Below are positions 40,401 through 50,206 of a stretch of DNA of 64,000 nucleotides, one piece after another. The position numbers and the translations under genes were made by a program. The stretch's first letter is position 1. Every line of letters begins with the position of its first letter. Source of the DNA: Candidatus Nanohalarchaeota archaeon (lineage in GTDB: Archaea; Nanohalarchaeota; Nanosalinia; Nanosalinales; Nanosalinaceae); NCBI GenBank assembly GCA_022729235.1, contig JALDAJ010000001.1, forward strand, positions 96,001 through 160,000. Reading direction: 5' to 3'. The notes beneath the pieces were generated by a model, which did no database searches, had not been told where the DNA came from, and saw nothing but the letters and a program-made list of their open reading frames with translations.

Positions 40401-40801
40401 TGTCCACCCATGTCAATGTCTGCGCCTTCCCTCATGTTCAGGTCGCCGGTCATCGTGTCTCCGTCAGTACTCACGTAGTCACCGGATACTTCCCCTGATA
40501 CATCTCTGCAGGTGTAAGAGCCGTCATCGTCGACACCCGCGACCACCTGTCCATCGTCACAGTCCGAAGCGAAGAAACTCTGGATCTGCTGCCCCTGCAT
40601 GTCCAGGTCTCCATAAGCGGTGATGTCTCCTGCGGTGTCAACCTCGAACTCTAGGTCGCCATCGTTGTAGTATTGAAGCGGATGAGAAGAATTGATGTCT
40701 AGAGCCGCTGAGAAAGCTGTGAACAGTAGCGTTGCTGCTAGCAGTACAGTTAATTTGCTGGTTTTCTTCACGCCGGTACCGACCTTGGAAAACAGTTGCA
40801 T
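37445..40801 (-). CDS. Secreted acidic fibre-like protein 2
   Basis: Signal peptide; SHPLQ N-motif; YVSTDGDTMTGDL and WVDEDGDTMNGKL; Ser/Gly/Asp repeats; C-terminus FRLPVGTDAW. Confidence 0.78.
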   Translation of the reverse strand: MQLFSKVGTGVKKTSKLTVLLAATLLFTAFSAALDINSSHPLQYYNDGDLEFEVDTAGDITAYGDLDMQGQQIQSFFASDCDDGQVVAGVDDDGSYTCRDVSGEVSGDYVSTDGDTMTGDLNMREGADIDMGGHDIEDVGEITASGDLNIDGRIDARAPSGGPGHKFYTRSDLDWGHSDSVVLQGDNNAGGEILEVYNDDNNLAYRILGERSHYFYDDSDSVSFRLYDDGDARFYNDLDLDGTLTSGTVPWGRLSNHVSVNSGNHLTGGGSLSSSRTLDVDAGSVLDSGNDLDSSGNVQWGSAGGLTSSGYADDFGNANDLTSGGSIQSSAVGQTELDTGDVDNRYENVYENSASAGQGWHRIAKGDGRMSGEFTLMDTSCCGHSSINFRAGASFGDNSGGDGLSFTLLQNTIHSSTVFERARIVRGDTYDDKYLEVWVEPRDGEGDTQSVEYQLKDLEGSNQWEPVDWEPGNVPEGHNVHEYDITDKLMVVGSDEAHFDIDRQGDASMAGDLTVAGNIHGSGWDDLDISQSDIDQENYYATDVSGSGDGSLDITMSGTSDISTNLDHDHGLSDITDSGDLAALDSVGSSEIQSSSVGSSELVDDSIGLSGDSYISASGASLGGTGSVSLDTGSTDSRYVETSGDDIDYLDVQGSPNNLKTRGGIVIRHPSDTSGGDRWITEYTSDSELGGWGYNIYDVSYEHDRFWIERTSSEIADASMKTNLEVQGNLDVSGLTGCSSSEVLAGDGSCIDAYDYDYQYDYDYASFTGGEGIDPSSITDGDTISVAWGDANDLGSGGSLGSGVVSDSEVDSISLSSISDSGDLAGRDTVGSGEIDADSIGTSELSDAMCGSDQILEFDGTNWVCIDSDSIGSDPTDLTGGDGISPDSITDGDTVNVAWGDAVDLDSDGNVDLSGTDGSHLNWDGSQYNVQDNWVDEDGDTMNGKLTIAGSDGSTNSLALDGHIDFTGAASTTPVIRTPGGGSDRFRIYDDANNQDLMRFNEGGPVEVVNANFEVSGTDEQIAEFTESQVRMHQPLSVESSGPLSVQNGVELTGTSGNTIDSHSTMYLETSAGSPTDIVMRPEGEVGVDSDLSVGGKTTSDEIEATDSFRLPVGTDAW

Positions 40802-40890
40802 CAGGGTAAATAAAAAAACTCCTATTTTGCGGTCATAATCGATTCTCAGCTGATATCAGAGAAAGAGCATAGCAAACAGGAACCCTTATG

Positions 40891-41412
40891 TTACTGGATG
40901 TTTACTCCTGCACTGATATCCCTGAACTCCACGTCTTCAACCGGTGTAGCTGTGTAGTAGTCAGGTGCGGAGAGATCCTTTACAATCCTGGAGTCTCCCT
41001 GTTCAAGAACAAATTCTTCATCCGCTATCCGGAAAGTGAATTCAAGGCCGTAGCTAGCCTCGTTTACAAATCTAACTGCGTCTTCCGGAGCTATCTCCGG
41101 TCTATGAGGCGAGGCTCTCTCATCGTCCACGACAACCTCTACTATTTCTCCTTCGACCTCGCTTGCATCCGGACCTCCAGATGTACTTGCCTGTGAGACC
41201 TGTTCACCGGCGTCAGAAATCCGCTCGCCTAAATCATCAGGCGCGAACGAGTATGCCAAAACTCCGACAAGTAGAACACCGATTACACCTATAACTGCGA
41301 GACGTCTCTTTCTATCCATCTTCCAGGAGAGCTTATCCTTCTTACCAGAAAGCTTGTCTCTTATATCCTCAGTATCTGCATCGATACCTTCAAACTCTTC
41401 ATCATCTCCCAT
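40891..41412 (-). CDS. Membrane-anchored cupredoxin-like beta-sandwich without obvious Cu ligands
   Basis: TM helix, then P.RPEIAPEDAVRFVN; no Cys/His/Met ligand set. Confidence 0.55.
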   Translation of the reverse strand: MGDDEEFEGIDADTEDIRDKLSGKKDKLSWKMDRKRRLAVIGVIGVLLVGVLAYSFAPDDLGERISDAGEQVSQASTSGGPDASEVEGEIVEVVVDDERASPHRPEIAPEDAVRFVNEASYGLEFTFRIADEEFVLEQGDSRIVKDLSAPDYYTATPVEDVEFRDISAGVNIQ

Positions 41413-41448
41413 TAGATGGGCTTTGGACTCGATTGTTTAAAACATTGA

Positions 41449-44400
41449 TCAGCCGACAGCCGCGCCGCCCTGGTTCATAACCTGCTTCACCTGCTTCTCT
41501 GAAAGAGCATAAGGATAGATACGGACATCATCTATCTTCCCACCAAAAGGCCTGGTACCCTCATCATCCTGTATACCAAATAGAGGTCCTCCCCCCGCAC
41601 CGAAGTCAATAGAGCTGATATCAGCATCTTCTCTTGTAACGACAGGTTCTCCATCCAGATAAACCGTCAAATCTGTACCATCAAAGCTGTAAACGTAGTG
41701 ATGCCACTGGTCGAAGCTCCATCCTACGGTCTCACCATCCTGTGAACCATCGACTGATACATACGCTCTTCCCTCCGAACTACCATCCACTAGCATCCTT
41801 ACGTTCTCCGAGCCGGTATTTCCACTGGACACTATACTACCCCATCCACTAGGATGAAGATCCGAATCAGCATAGAACCAAGTACTTAAGGCGAACTCAT
41901 AGTCCGGAATCTGTTCACCAGCTACATGAACACTATCTCCTTCTCCATCGAACTCCAGTGCAGCGCCGCGTTTGTCATCCATAATGAACTCCGCATCGTA
42001 ATTAGTTCCATGATTATCTTCACCGGACGTATCAAAAACAGGACTTGAAAAACTTAAGCTGTCGAACCATTCATAAACATGTCCATCGTTGTAACCCACT
42101 GAGCTGCATCCCGCATCACAGTTCTGAACTCTTATCCTTTCAATATTTGTATCATGCCGTAAAGTTCTCGTTCCTGTATGCGTGCTGTCTCCGTCCGCTG
42201 TTTCAAAGACGTAATCGTAAGTACCTTCCTCCCAGTTGAACTCCACATAGTATCTCGTCCAAGTGTCGTAATATCCTCCATAAAGTCTTTCACAAGTTTC
42301 TGGCGATTCGTCATCGAATACGCACCACTGCGGGTTATCATTATTGAGACCTAAAATCTCATTACCATAGCTATCATATAGGGCGATACCCGCACCTCTG
42401 CTTGAACTATCCGCCTGCCAGTAATACTCAAAGCTTTCTGGTCTTACACCACCTTCAAATCCTTCAGGAGTCTTGGACGCGAGAGCTATCGTACCGTCCT
42501 CAGGTAACTCGTCATCCATCCCGTATCCATCATCTTCCTCGGAAAATGTCTCAGTCATACCTGCCGAATAACCTTCAGCGTGCACCCGGTCAGTACGAAT
42601 CTCAAAATCATCATTGTGAACCTCCCAACCCTCTAAATTACCGACTTCAAAGACCTCATTCCACCTAGGCTCAAACCGCCAGTGACCGGCAGGACCCGCG
42701 TCTTCAGTTGGACCGAGGTTGTCTCGTCCCTGAGAGTAGAGATGCCAGATCTCTTCCTCAGATAGGGAGCGGTCGTGGATGCGGAAATCATCTATTTTTT
42801 GAGGATACTGCCAGTCTCTACCGTCCATCCGCCCTATCCAGTTTGAATCAGAAGTGGTCGTAGCAGATGAAGGCGCTGAATCACAGCCTAATTCTCTACC
42901 ATCCACATGTATACACATCTCACTTCCTCCTTCAAGAGTAGCTACTACATGCCGCCATTCATCTACTCGAACGGTACCCCCTCTTATGTAGCTACCATCT
43001 ACTGTCCATGAGAATTGCTCTCCTTCAGACTGATGAGGTCTCAAATAGAAGCTGTAACCGTCATCATTCCAGGTTCCCTCAGTAGCGTCAAGTATCGCCA
43101 CAAAATCACTATCAAATTCCGGTTTCACCCAGAAGGAAAGACTTAACTCAGTCATCTCTGAATTAATAGAATCATCGTTTTCAATCTCAACATAGCCGCC
43201 AGAACTCCCATCTCCATCAAACTCCAGGCATCTCCCGCTGACGCATTCATTACCTGTTTTCTCAACCGGTCCGTTCACGAGTTCACCGTGGTTCTCGCCC
43301 CCACTTTCATCGACCGCTATATCTCCGGTCATCCTATGCAACGCTTGAACTTCCGCCGACGCGAGGGCGCGATCGTAGATACGGACTTCGTCCATTTTAC
43401 CATCGAACCGGCGTACATCACCATATTGACCGAACTCTAAATCACCACTCAAGTCTAATTCTGTATCCACATCGTCAAAATAAGCGATCTCATTACCATC
43501 TACGTAAATAGAAGCCTCGCCATTATCTATTACAGCGGAAATATGTTTCCATTGTCCTTCAAGAGCATCATGAGGATAGGGCCATTGATGATTGTCATCA
43601 CCTATTCTTAATCTATGGTTGTCCTCATCCTCTCTTAAGTAAAGTGTTACATATTCATCCCAAGTTCCCCAAGTTACCAAAGATTTGTGTTCTTCTGACA
43701 ATGTGTTTTCTGAGGCTTTAATCCATAACGAAATAGTTAACTCGTTTGTATCCGGATCCAAACTCCCTATATCTATATAGTTATCATCGCCATCAAAACG
43801 AAGAGCCTTACCTAATCTTCCATCGGTCCACTGCGCGTCATTCATTATGGTTCCGTCATAATCATTCAACGAGGTATCGTACGCCGTATCACCCGAGCCC
43901 TCCTCAAAAGCCCAGTATCCTACAAGAGATGTATCCGAACAGCTCATGGTATCCGGTCTACCGCATAGCTCGACACGGTCAAAGGACTGATGAAGCACTA
44001 GACTCTCGTCATCGGGTCTCTGCGGCGGTTTACTGTCGCTGCCGAAACGGGAGGCTCCCTGCGCGTACTTCTGTTTGACTTCGTTCTCAGAAAGGCTATA
44101 AGGGTAGATAATGATATCATCAAGTATTCCTGGAAACGTTTCATACCCGTGATATCTGCCTACATATAGGTTTTCGTAGACAAGGTCATAGGAATTAGAT
44201 CCTGAATTAACCTCTTCACCATTCTTATACCAGGTCCACGTATCATCAACCATTACAAAAGTCCAATGAGTAAACTCAGTAGTATCTACACTTTCAGAGC
44301 TGGTAAATGTCTCTTGACCGAAAACCCGGAACTGCATCTCGCCATCATTATTTCTTACGCTCCAAGTATCAGTCACTCCGCCTGTAGATGCTACTCCCTG

Positions 44401-46068
44401 AAGACCGGTCCCCTCCTCAAAAGGTTTAGACCAGAAACTAACAGAGAATCTCTGCCCCATATCAAGACTACTTCCGTCCTCTATATCACCAACTTCTACA
44501 CGGGCATCATCACCATCAAACTCTAGAGCTGTTCCTCTATCCGTTTCAACCCACTCAGGACCGTTAACCAGTTCACCATGATTCTCATACATCGAAAGGT
44601 CACGGGCGATGTCTCCCCCTCCCTCGTTGAAACGCATGTCGAGTACTGCTCCACCGCGAGGCAGACCTGCCTCCCGGATGATCTCTTCCTGGGATAGAGC
44701 TTGGTCATAAATTCTGACGTTGTCTATCTTCCCGTTTAGGTAGTAACCACTACTGGAGTCAGAACCGATCCGAAGACTATTACCATGGTCTATAGACTTC
44801 CCTGCATAACTGTCTGTTTCGCCTATTAGTCGACCATTTAAGTAAGCTCTTGCTGTGGTCCCATCCCAGGTCATCATCGCATGATACCATTCGCCTTCTT
44901 CTATCTCATTGAAACGTAAGTCATCATGAATTCTTGAACCATCTTCAAAACCGATATTGTAAGATATATCTCTTTCACCGCTTTCCTCGTTAACGAATAT
45001 CCAATAACCTTCACCACTGTCCCTCGAGGACATAACCGAGTGCCACGAATCGCTATTATCCTCTTCAATCTTGAACCACCCTCCAAAGGCCAGTTCCGAG
45101 GGCTGAGGTGTCGCTGAAAAGTCTATATAATCATCGTTACCGTCAAAACTGTAACACCTCTCGACCTTGCAGTAAAGAGCGGTTTCCTGACTGGCGCCGT
45201 TCTGAGGCATACCATGGTTCTCGTTGCCGGACCGGTCGATTACTTCTCCGTTCTCGATGATGTTGAAGTCCATGTCAAGGACGGGTTGAGGGGAGTCATC
45301 CTCTTCAGCGCCAGAGATCGCTACTGATCCTTCGTTGTAGAGGGATTTTATCTCGTCCTCTGATAGGGCGCGGCTGTAGAGTTGAACGTTGTCTAAACTT
45401 CCTTCATAGGATGTATGAGCTCCTGAACTGTATGCGTTACCGATGTTGTTGAAAGTGAGACCTGTTGCTATTCCTCCTTCCTCCCCTATAAGCTCCCCGT
45501 TGTGGAAGGCAGCCATACTTCCATCGCCGTAAGACACCCAGGTAATCTTCTTGTATGTTCCATCAAATAAGCCGGGAGCTGATCCGAACGTCGTATAATC
45601 GCCGTCAGCGTCTCTTATGCGAACAGTCTCATCTGATCGCAGTAAAAGAGATTCTCCAACCGAACCTCTATCACCAAACCAGAAATGCCAAGAATCGCCA
45701 TGGTCTGAAGGATTAAACCATGCGGTGGCAGTCCACTCTTCACCGGAATCAAAGGATAAATCCGAATCGAGACTTACGTATTCTTCGTAGTCGCTACCTC
45801 CTTCAAACTCGAGCACCACTCCCCTCTGCGAGTCTTCGATCCATTGCGGGTCGTTGGCGAGGTTTCCATCATTATCTCCGGCGGAGTCATAAGCGGTGTC
45901 TCCGCCTCCCTCGTCAAACCTGTACTCCGCGACGAGGTCGCCGGAGCTCCCTGCCTGGAGTACCCCGGATGCCTGTATAAGACCTATGGATAAAACAACT
46001 AAGACAGCTAGTAACGCAGCTAGTTCGGTCTTTCTTTCCAGCAGCTTCCTGTAGTGTTGTTCAATCAC
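41449..46068 (-). CDS. Multi-LamG (concanavalin A-like) surface protein with six LamG domains
   Basis: Repeated LV.(Y/W).FDEG.G..A.D.S...NHG ... W.H ... G.(I/L/M)D(D/E/N)VRIY..ALS..E(I/V). Confidence 0.9.
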   Translation of the reverse strand: MIEQHYRKLLERKTELAALLAVLVVLSIGLIQASGVLQAGSSGDLVAEYRFDEGGGDTAYDSAGDNDGNLANDPQWIEDSQRGVVLEFEGGSDYEEYVSLDSDLSFDSGEEWTATAWFNPSDHGDSWHFWFGDRGSVGESLLLRSDETVRIRDADGDYTTFGSAPGLFDGTYKKITWVSYGDGSMAAFHNGELIGEEGGIATGLTFNNIGNAYSSGAHTSYEGSLDNVQLYSRALSEDEIKSLYNEGSVAISGAEEDDSPQPVLDMDFNIIENGEVIDRSGNENHGMPQNGASQETALYCKVERCYSFDGNDDYIDFSATPQPSELAFGGWFKIEEDNSDSWHSVMSSRDSGEGYWIFVNEESGERDISYNIGFEDGSRIHDDLRFNEIEEGEWYHAMMTWDGTTARAYLNGRLIGETDSYAGKSIDHGNSLRIGSDSSSGYYLNGKIDNVRIYDQALSQEEIIREAGLPRGGAVLDMRFNEGGGDIARDLSMYENHGELVNGPEWVETDRGTALEFDGDDARVEVGDIEDGSSLDMGQRFSVSFWSKPFEEGTGLQGVASTGGVTDTWSVRNNDGEMQFRVFGQETFTSSESVDTTEFTHWTFVMVDDTWTWYKNGEEVNSGSNSYDLVYENLYVGRYHGYETFPGILDDIIIYPYSLSENEVKQKYAQGASRFGSDSKPPQRPDDESLVLHQSFDRVELCGRPDTMSCSDTSLVGYWAFEEGSGDTAYDTSLNDYDGTIMNDAQWTDGRLGKALRFDGDDNYIDIGSLDPDTNELTISLWIKASENTLSEEHKSLVTWGTWDEYVTLYLREDEDNHRLRIGDDNHQWPYPHDALEGQWKHISAVIDNGEASIYVDGNEIAYFDDVDTELDLSGDLEFGQYGDVRRFDGKMDEVRIYDRALASAEVQALHRMTGDIAVDESGGENHGELVNGPVEKTGNECVSGRCLEFDGDGSSGGYVEIENDDSINSEMTELSLSFWVKPEFDSDFVAILDATEGTWNDDGYSFYLRPHQSEGEQFSWTVDGSYIRGGTVRVDEWRHVVATLEGGSEMCIHVDGRELGCDSAPSSATTTSDSNWIGRMDGRDWQYPQKIDDFRIHDRSLSEEEIWHLYSQGRDNLGPTEDAGPAGHWRFEPRWNEVFEVGNLEGWEVHNDDFEIRTDRVHAEGYSAGMTETFSEEDDGYGMDDELPEDGTIALASKTPEGFEGGVRPESFEYYWQADSSSRGAGIALYDSYGNEILGLNNDNPQWCVFDDESPETCERLYGGYYDTWTRYYVEFNWEEGTYDYVFETADGDSTHTGTRTLRHDTNIERIRVQNCDAGCSSVGYNDGHVYEWFDSLSFSSPVFDTSGEDNHGTNYDAEFIMDDKRGAALEFDGEGDSVHVAGEQIPDYEFALSTWFYADSDLHPSGWGSIVSSGNTGSENVRMLVDGSSEGRAYVSVDGSQDGETVGWSFDQWHHYVYSFDGTDLTVYLDGEPVVTREDADISSIDFGAGGGPLFGIQDDEGTRPFGGKIDDVRIYPYALSEKQVKQVMNQGGAAVG

Positions 46069-46077
46069 TTATCACCT

Positions 46078-48537
46078 TCACGTACATTGATCACCTATAC
46101 ACATCTCGCCACCGCTGCTTGTTACGGAGTTACCCTGTGTATCTATGTTGCTACTCGTGGTAAGTCCGTCCATCGTGAAGGAGTCAGAGTTATCTAGTTC
46201 GGTATCGGTGACCGAGTCAGACGCCAGTTCAGTAGTCCTTACCGCTCCGGAATCTATCTCCGAAGAACTTACACTGTCCATACCGGCTAAATCACCGGAA
46301 TCACTTATACTGGACAAGGAAATACTATCAACCTCAGAATCAGTAACAACCCCGCTCTCCAGAGAACCACCAGTAGTCAGATCATTAGCATCCACCCAGT
46401 CCACATTTATCGTGTCACCATCAGTAATACTTTCAGGATCAATACCGTCACCACCAGAAAGATCAGTATCACCACCAGCAGCCTCAATATCCGTACAAAC
46501 CCAGTTAGTACCGTCAAACCTCAAAATCTCATCACTACCACACATAGCATCAGACAACTCACTATCCGTGACGGAATCAGAGGCAAGCTCAGTACTTCCT
46601 ACCGCTCCTGACGCGATTTCGTTACTTCCTATACTTTCAGAGGCTACAGCAACATTATCACTGCTAATAGTTAAGGCATTACCTGTATTAACCTCCAGTT
46701 CTTCGTTGGTTCCGTCCCAGGAAAGACCTGAACCGTCCATCGAAGACTGAGCGATGTTCTCAACATTACCAAGCCCTACATCACTAGCAGAAACATCACT
46801 CTGATCAACACCGTCAAGATCTCCCCATCCGACACCAGTCAGACTGCCGTCCTCGCTAAGGTGAACGGCGCCACTGAAATCACTGATATCGCCGTCCGTA
46901 CCGAGGTCGTTTGCATCACTCCAGACAACCGTTAAAGTGTCACCGTCCGTGATACTGTCCGGATCAATACCGCTGCCTCCAGTCAAATCAGTATCACCAC
47001 CAGCAGCCTCGATATCGACACACCCCCAGTTAGTACCATCGAATTCCAGTATTTCGTCCTCATTACACATGGCGTCAGAAAGCTCGGAGGTACCTATACT
47101 GTCAGCATCGATCTCCGACGAACCTACAGTATCTAAAGCCGCTAAATCACCGGAATCACTGATGCTTGATAGTGAAATACTATCGACCTCAGTGTCAGTT
47201 ACCACGCCCGAGTCCAGGCTACCTCCTGTAGATAAATCGTTTGCATCAGTCCAGTCAACGCTCCACGTCTCCGCGGAACTACCATCATAACTGGAACCGG
47301 TCAGACCTGAGTCAGGACTCAAGGAACTCAGACTGACATCGTACTCCTCATTAGTACCGTCCCAAACCAGTTCATCACCGGCATGGTCACTGAGCGGTAT
47401 ATCATCCGCGTTAACCTCGCTCTGATCCATCGATGTGTCATCCCAGTCGATACCAGAGGGATCGACGTTCAACGTCGTGGAACCTCCTAACGCAACTTCA
47501 CCGCCACCAGTCAGGTGATCTCCTGAAGAATAAGTCACCGAGTCATCAACCAGTTCATCACTACCAACCTCATTACTCCCGATCTCACTAGAACCGACAG
47601 CACCACTAGAAATCTGACCAGAATCAACAATACCGGTTCCCGTAAGATCGCCTATATCAATAATATCGTTTCCACCCATGTCGATGTCGGCGCCTTCTCT
47701 CATGTTCAAGTCACCGGTCATCGTGTCTCCGTCAGTACTCACGTAGTCACCGGAAACCTCTCCTGATACATCCCTGCAGTTGTACGTACCGTCATCATCT
47801 ACACCCGCAACCACCTCTCCCGGATCACAGTCAGCAGCAAAAAAGTTCTCAATACTCTGACCACTCATATCCAGGTCAGCATTAGTCATTTCAAGTGTTC
47901 CTGGGAGATCTTCGGAAGTTCGGTAATTTATAGCCCCATAATCACCTTCCATATCCCGTATTTGAACAGGCTCATCTGGGTATGCTCGAATGCGATGCCC
48001 AACCCCTGAAACAAGATTAACGCCGATGATCCCCGCGTCATTGAAAATTTGCGTAGCGTCCGAATGCATACGGACTCGTTGTATCCCGCTACCATCCTCG
48101 ATAGACTGCCCTGTGCCAAGACGGAGATCACCACTAGGGATCTCAACGTCTCCACCTTCCTGGAACCGGGCGATGTCAACCGGGTCATCTCCAGATGTAT
48201 CGACTATCTCCAGGTCTCGTCCCTCGGTCTCTATCTGGTCGAGTTCTTTAAGTTCGCTGCCGGACATGTCGATGCCGTCGAATACCCTCCACTCGACCTC
48301 ACCAGAGTCCCAGAGCATGATGTCCTCTCCAACAGAGTCCTGGAAGACCAGATCTGATCCATCTGCTATCAGTGCATCAGTATGAACTCCGGAAATGTTG
48401 AAAATCTCTCTTTCAGACATGTTGAGATCCTTGTCTACCGGATCTATATGGCTGAGAGGGTGTCTAGGCTCTTCCTGCGCAACTGCCAGAGGTACGGCTA
48501 AAATTACTACAGCCAGGGTTACAGCTATCTTATTCAT
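46078..48537 (-). CDS. Secreted acidic fibre-like protein 3
   Basis: Signal peptide; RHPLSHIDPVDKDL; YVSTDGDTMTGDL; internal repeats LSDAMC..DEIL.FDGTNW.C; C-terminus MCIGDQCT. Confidence 0.78.
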   Translation of the reverse strand: MNKIAVTLAVVILAVPLAVAQEEPRHPLSHIDPVDKDLNMSEREIFNISGVHTDALIADGSDLVFQDSVGEDIMLWDSGEVEWRVFDGIDMSGSELKELDQIETEGRDLEIVDTSGDDPVDIARFQEGGDVEIPSGDLRLGTGQSIEDGSGIQRVRMHSDATQIFNDAGIIGVNLVSGVGHRIRAYPDEPVQIRDMEGDYGAINYRTSEDLPGTLEMTNADLDMSGQSIENFFAADCDPGEVVAGVDDDGTYNCRDVSGEVSGDYVSTDGDTMTGDLNMREGADIDMGGNDIIDIGDLTGTGIVDSGQISSGAVGSSEIGSNEVGSDELVDDSVTYSSGDHLTGGGEVALGGSTTLNVDPSGIDWDDTSMDQSEVNADDIPLSDHAGDELVWDGTNEEYDVSLSSLSPDSGLTGSSYDGSSAETWSVDWTDANDLSTGGSLDSGVVTDTEVDSISLSSISDSGDLAALDTVGSSEIDADSIGTSELSDAMCNEDEILEFDGTNWGCVDIEAAGGDTDLTGGSGIDPDSITDGDTLTVVWSDANDLGTDGDISDFSGAVHLSEDGSLTGVGWGDLDGVDQSDVSASDVGLGNVENIAQSSMDGSGLSWDGTNEELEVNTGNALTISSDNVAVASESIGSNEIASGAVGSTELASDSVTDSELSDAMCGSDEILRFDGTNWVCTDIEAAGGDTDLSGGDGIDPESITDGDTINVDWVDANDLTTGGSLESGVVTDSEVDSISLSSISDSGDLAGMDSVSSSEIDSGAVRTTELASDSVTDTELDNSDSFTMDGLTTSSNIDTQGNSVTSSGGEMCIGDQCT
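47741..47877. repeat. 137-bp dispersed repeat, copy 2 (identical to 5179-5315)
   Basis: Direct comparison; a more diverged third copy lies at about 40473-40609. Confidence 0.9.
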
Positions 48538-48595
48538 CTATAGGCGCCTAATCTAGGTTCCTGAGGCTTGAATAAAAAGATTCAGGAAAACACAA

Positions 48596-49204
48596 TCATT
48601 CCTCGATATCATAGTTACAACCGGTGAACTCCTCTATATCCTCGATCTCGTTGACTCCTTCAAGCACCGATCCTCCGAGATAGAATCCCGGTATACGTTC
48701 AACTCCTCTATCCTGCGCCTCCTGGAGGTTTTCTTCATCGTTGATATCACGGTAGATATCAGAGACTACCTGTGTTCCACCAAGAAGCTGGATCTGTAGC
48801 TGTGTCTCCTGCTGCGCGATGTTTCCATACATCACAACGTTGTTCTCATCAAGGCATTCCGCAAAATCCTCCTGAGCAGCCATGACCTGTGTCGCCCTGT
48901 CGATATCGGTCAGAGCGTTCTCCGGTGCAAGCATCGAACCATCGCGTGTCACATAGAAAGTGGATAAACGGTCGTCAGGCGTCCTGACATCGACCCGGTA
49001 AAGCTCGTTCTCCGACTCTACTCTGATAAGCTCTAGCTCTTGATCAGTCTGCTGCTCCAGTGTTGAAATCACTTTTTCACCTGCCTGGTCTTCGGATATA
49101 CTGTCGAGACCTGTGAGGGCATAAGTAGCTGCTGCACCTATAGCAAGCCCGACAACAAGAAACGTGGCGAGCATCTGGCGTTGAGAAAAGTTTAGGTCAG
49201 GCAT
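48596..49204 (-). CDS. Membrane-anchored thioredoxin-like protein lacking CxxC
   Basis: LY.V....FYVTRDG (DsbC N-terminus-like); FAECL....VVMYG, with QQET where CxxC is expected; GVERIPGF. Confidence 0.6.
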   Translation of the reverse strand: MPDLNFSQRQMLATFLVVGLAIGAAATYALTGLDSISEDQAGEKVISTLEQQTDQELELIRVESENELYRVDVRTPDDRLSTFYVTRDGSMLAPENALTDIDRATQVMAAQEDFAECLDENNVVMYGNIAQQETQLQIQLLGGTQVVSDIYRDINDEENLQEAQDRGVERIPGFYLGGSVLEGVNEIEDIEEFTGCNYDIEE

Positions 49205-49282
49205 AACGCAACCTTGGGTAACAGTATTTTTAACACCTGTGTATACTTCGATTTTAATAACGAGCCCAGCCGATTTTTAGAC

Positions 49283-50206
49283 ATGTGGAAAATCCCTGTC
49301 GCAGTAACCATCATCTTCCTGCTGATGCCATTAGCCGCATCTGAATCCAGCCTTGATTCGATGATAGCAGAGTCCTGCCCGGATGATTACGAACCGGTTA
49401 TCTCGATGGCTGCGCCAGACAAGACTTATAGCCATCCTGGACCACCAGACTTCTTCCAGTACAATTTATGCGTCCAGGGGATAACAGAGACCAGAATCGC
49501 ACACGAGTGCACGGGAAATGAAGGATTCTACCTACACAGCAACAATACCGATTACGCGCACTTCTCAATGCACTCTACCTACAACATACCTGTATGTACA
49601 GACCAGATGGTTACACAGGTAAGAGACTCTTGCCAGCAAAACCAGACCTCTCTTTTCTCAGTTTCAAGCGAGCATAACGCCCACGTTGCCTCTCCAGGAG
49701 TATTCGATAACGAGGTGTGCGGGTTCTTCCAGCCTCCGGAAAACGTGACGCTGAGCATGGAGTTCAACCTGACATCAAGCGACGATGTGTACTTTGATGA
49801 ACAGACTGTAGATGAGGGAGAACAGTACCTGGCCGAATTCCCCTACATAGTCTCGGAAGGCGATAATCACGTCGCAGGGATAGTTGCGGACGACATGATA
49901 AAAGTCGAGAGACGTGTCGGACAGGAAAACAGAATCTCGATGGAACGCGACACAGGAGAATTCCTGGTGCCTTTCACACATGGGGACCATCTTAACGTAG
50001 AGAGACGGCAAGAACTTATACTAGAAAACGAGTTCATGGAGCAACTGCTTCCAAGTTTCGGGTTCTTCATGCCAGAACAGGCACGGATAAAGACAGCTCT
50101 TGACACCGAGGTCATCATAGACTCAGGTATAGAGCTTGACCGGGGTTCCCACACCATCGAAATCACCAAAACCGGTGAGAACCAGGTAACTATAGAACAG
50201 AAATGA
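49283..50206 (+). CDS. Secreted triple Cys/His-repeat protein (paralogue of 5668-6606), first gene of the pilin operon
   Basis: Signal peptide from the ATG at 49283; YSHPG, YAHFS and NAHVAS repeats; ATGA overlap with the next gene. Confidence 0.8.
   Translation: MWKIPVAVTIIFLLMPLAASESSLDSMIAESCPDDYEPVISMAAPDKTYSHPGPPDFFQYNLCVQGITETRIAHECTGNEGFYLHSNNTDYAHFSMHSTYNIPVCTDQMVTQVRDSCQQNQTSLFSVSSEHNAHVASPGVFDNEVCGFFQPPENVTLSMEFNLTSSDDVYFDEQTVDEGEQYLAEFPYIVSEGDNHVAGIVADDMIKVERRVGQENRISMERDTGEFLVPFTHGDHLNVERRQELILENEFMEQLLPSFGFFMPEQARIKTALDTEVIIDSGIELDRGSHTIEITKTGENQVTIEQK

Noticed and set aside
5179-47877. Diversity-generating retroelement TR/VR pair
   Set aside because: Two copies are identical, differences in the third are not adenine-specific, and no reverse transcriptase is in the window.
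36008-48537. Provirus tail region
   Set aside because: The fibre-like proteins have signal peptides, and there is no capsid, terminase, portal or integrase.
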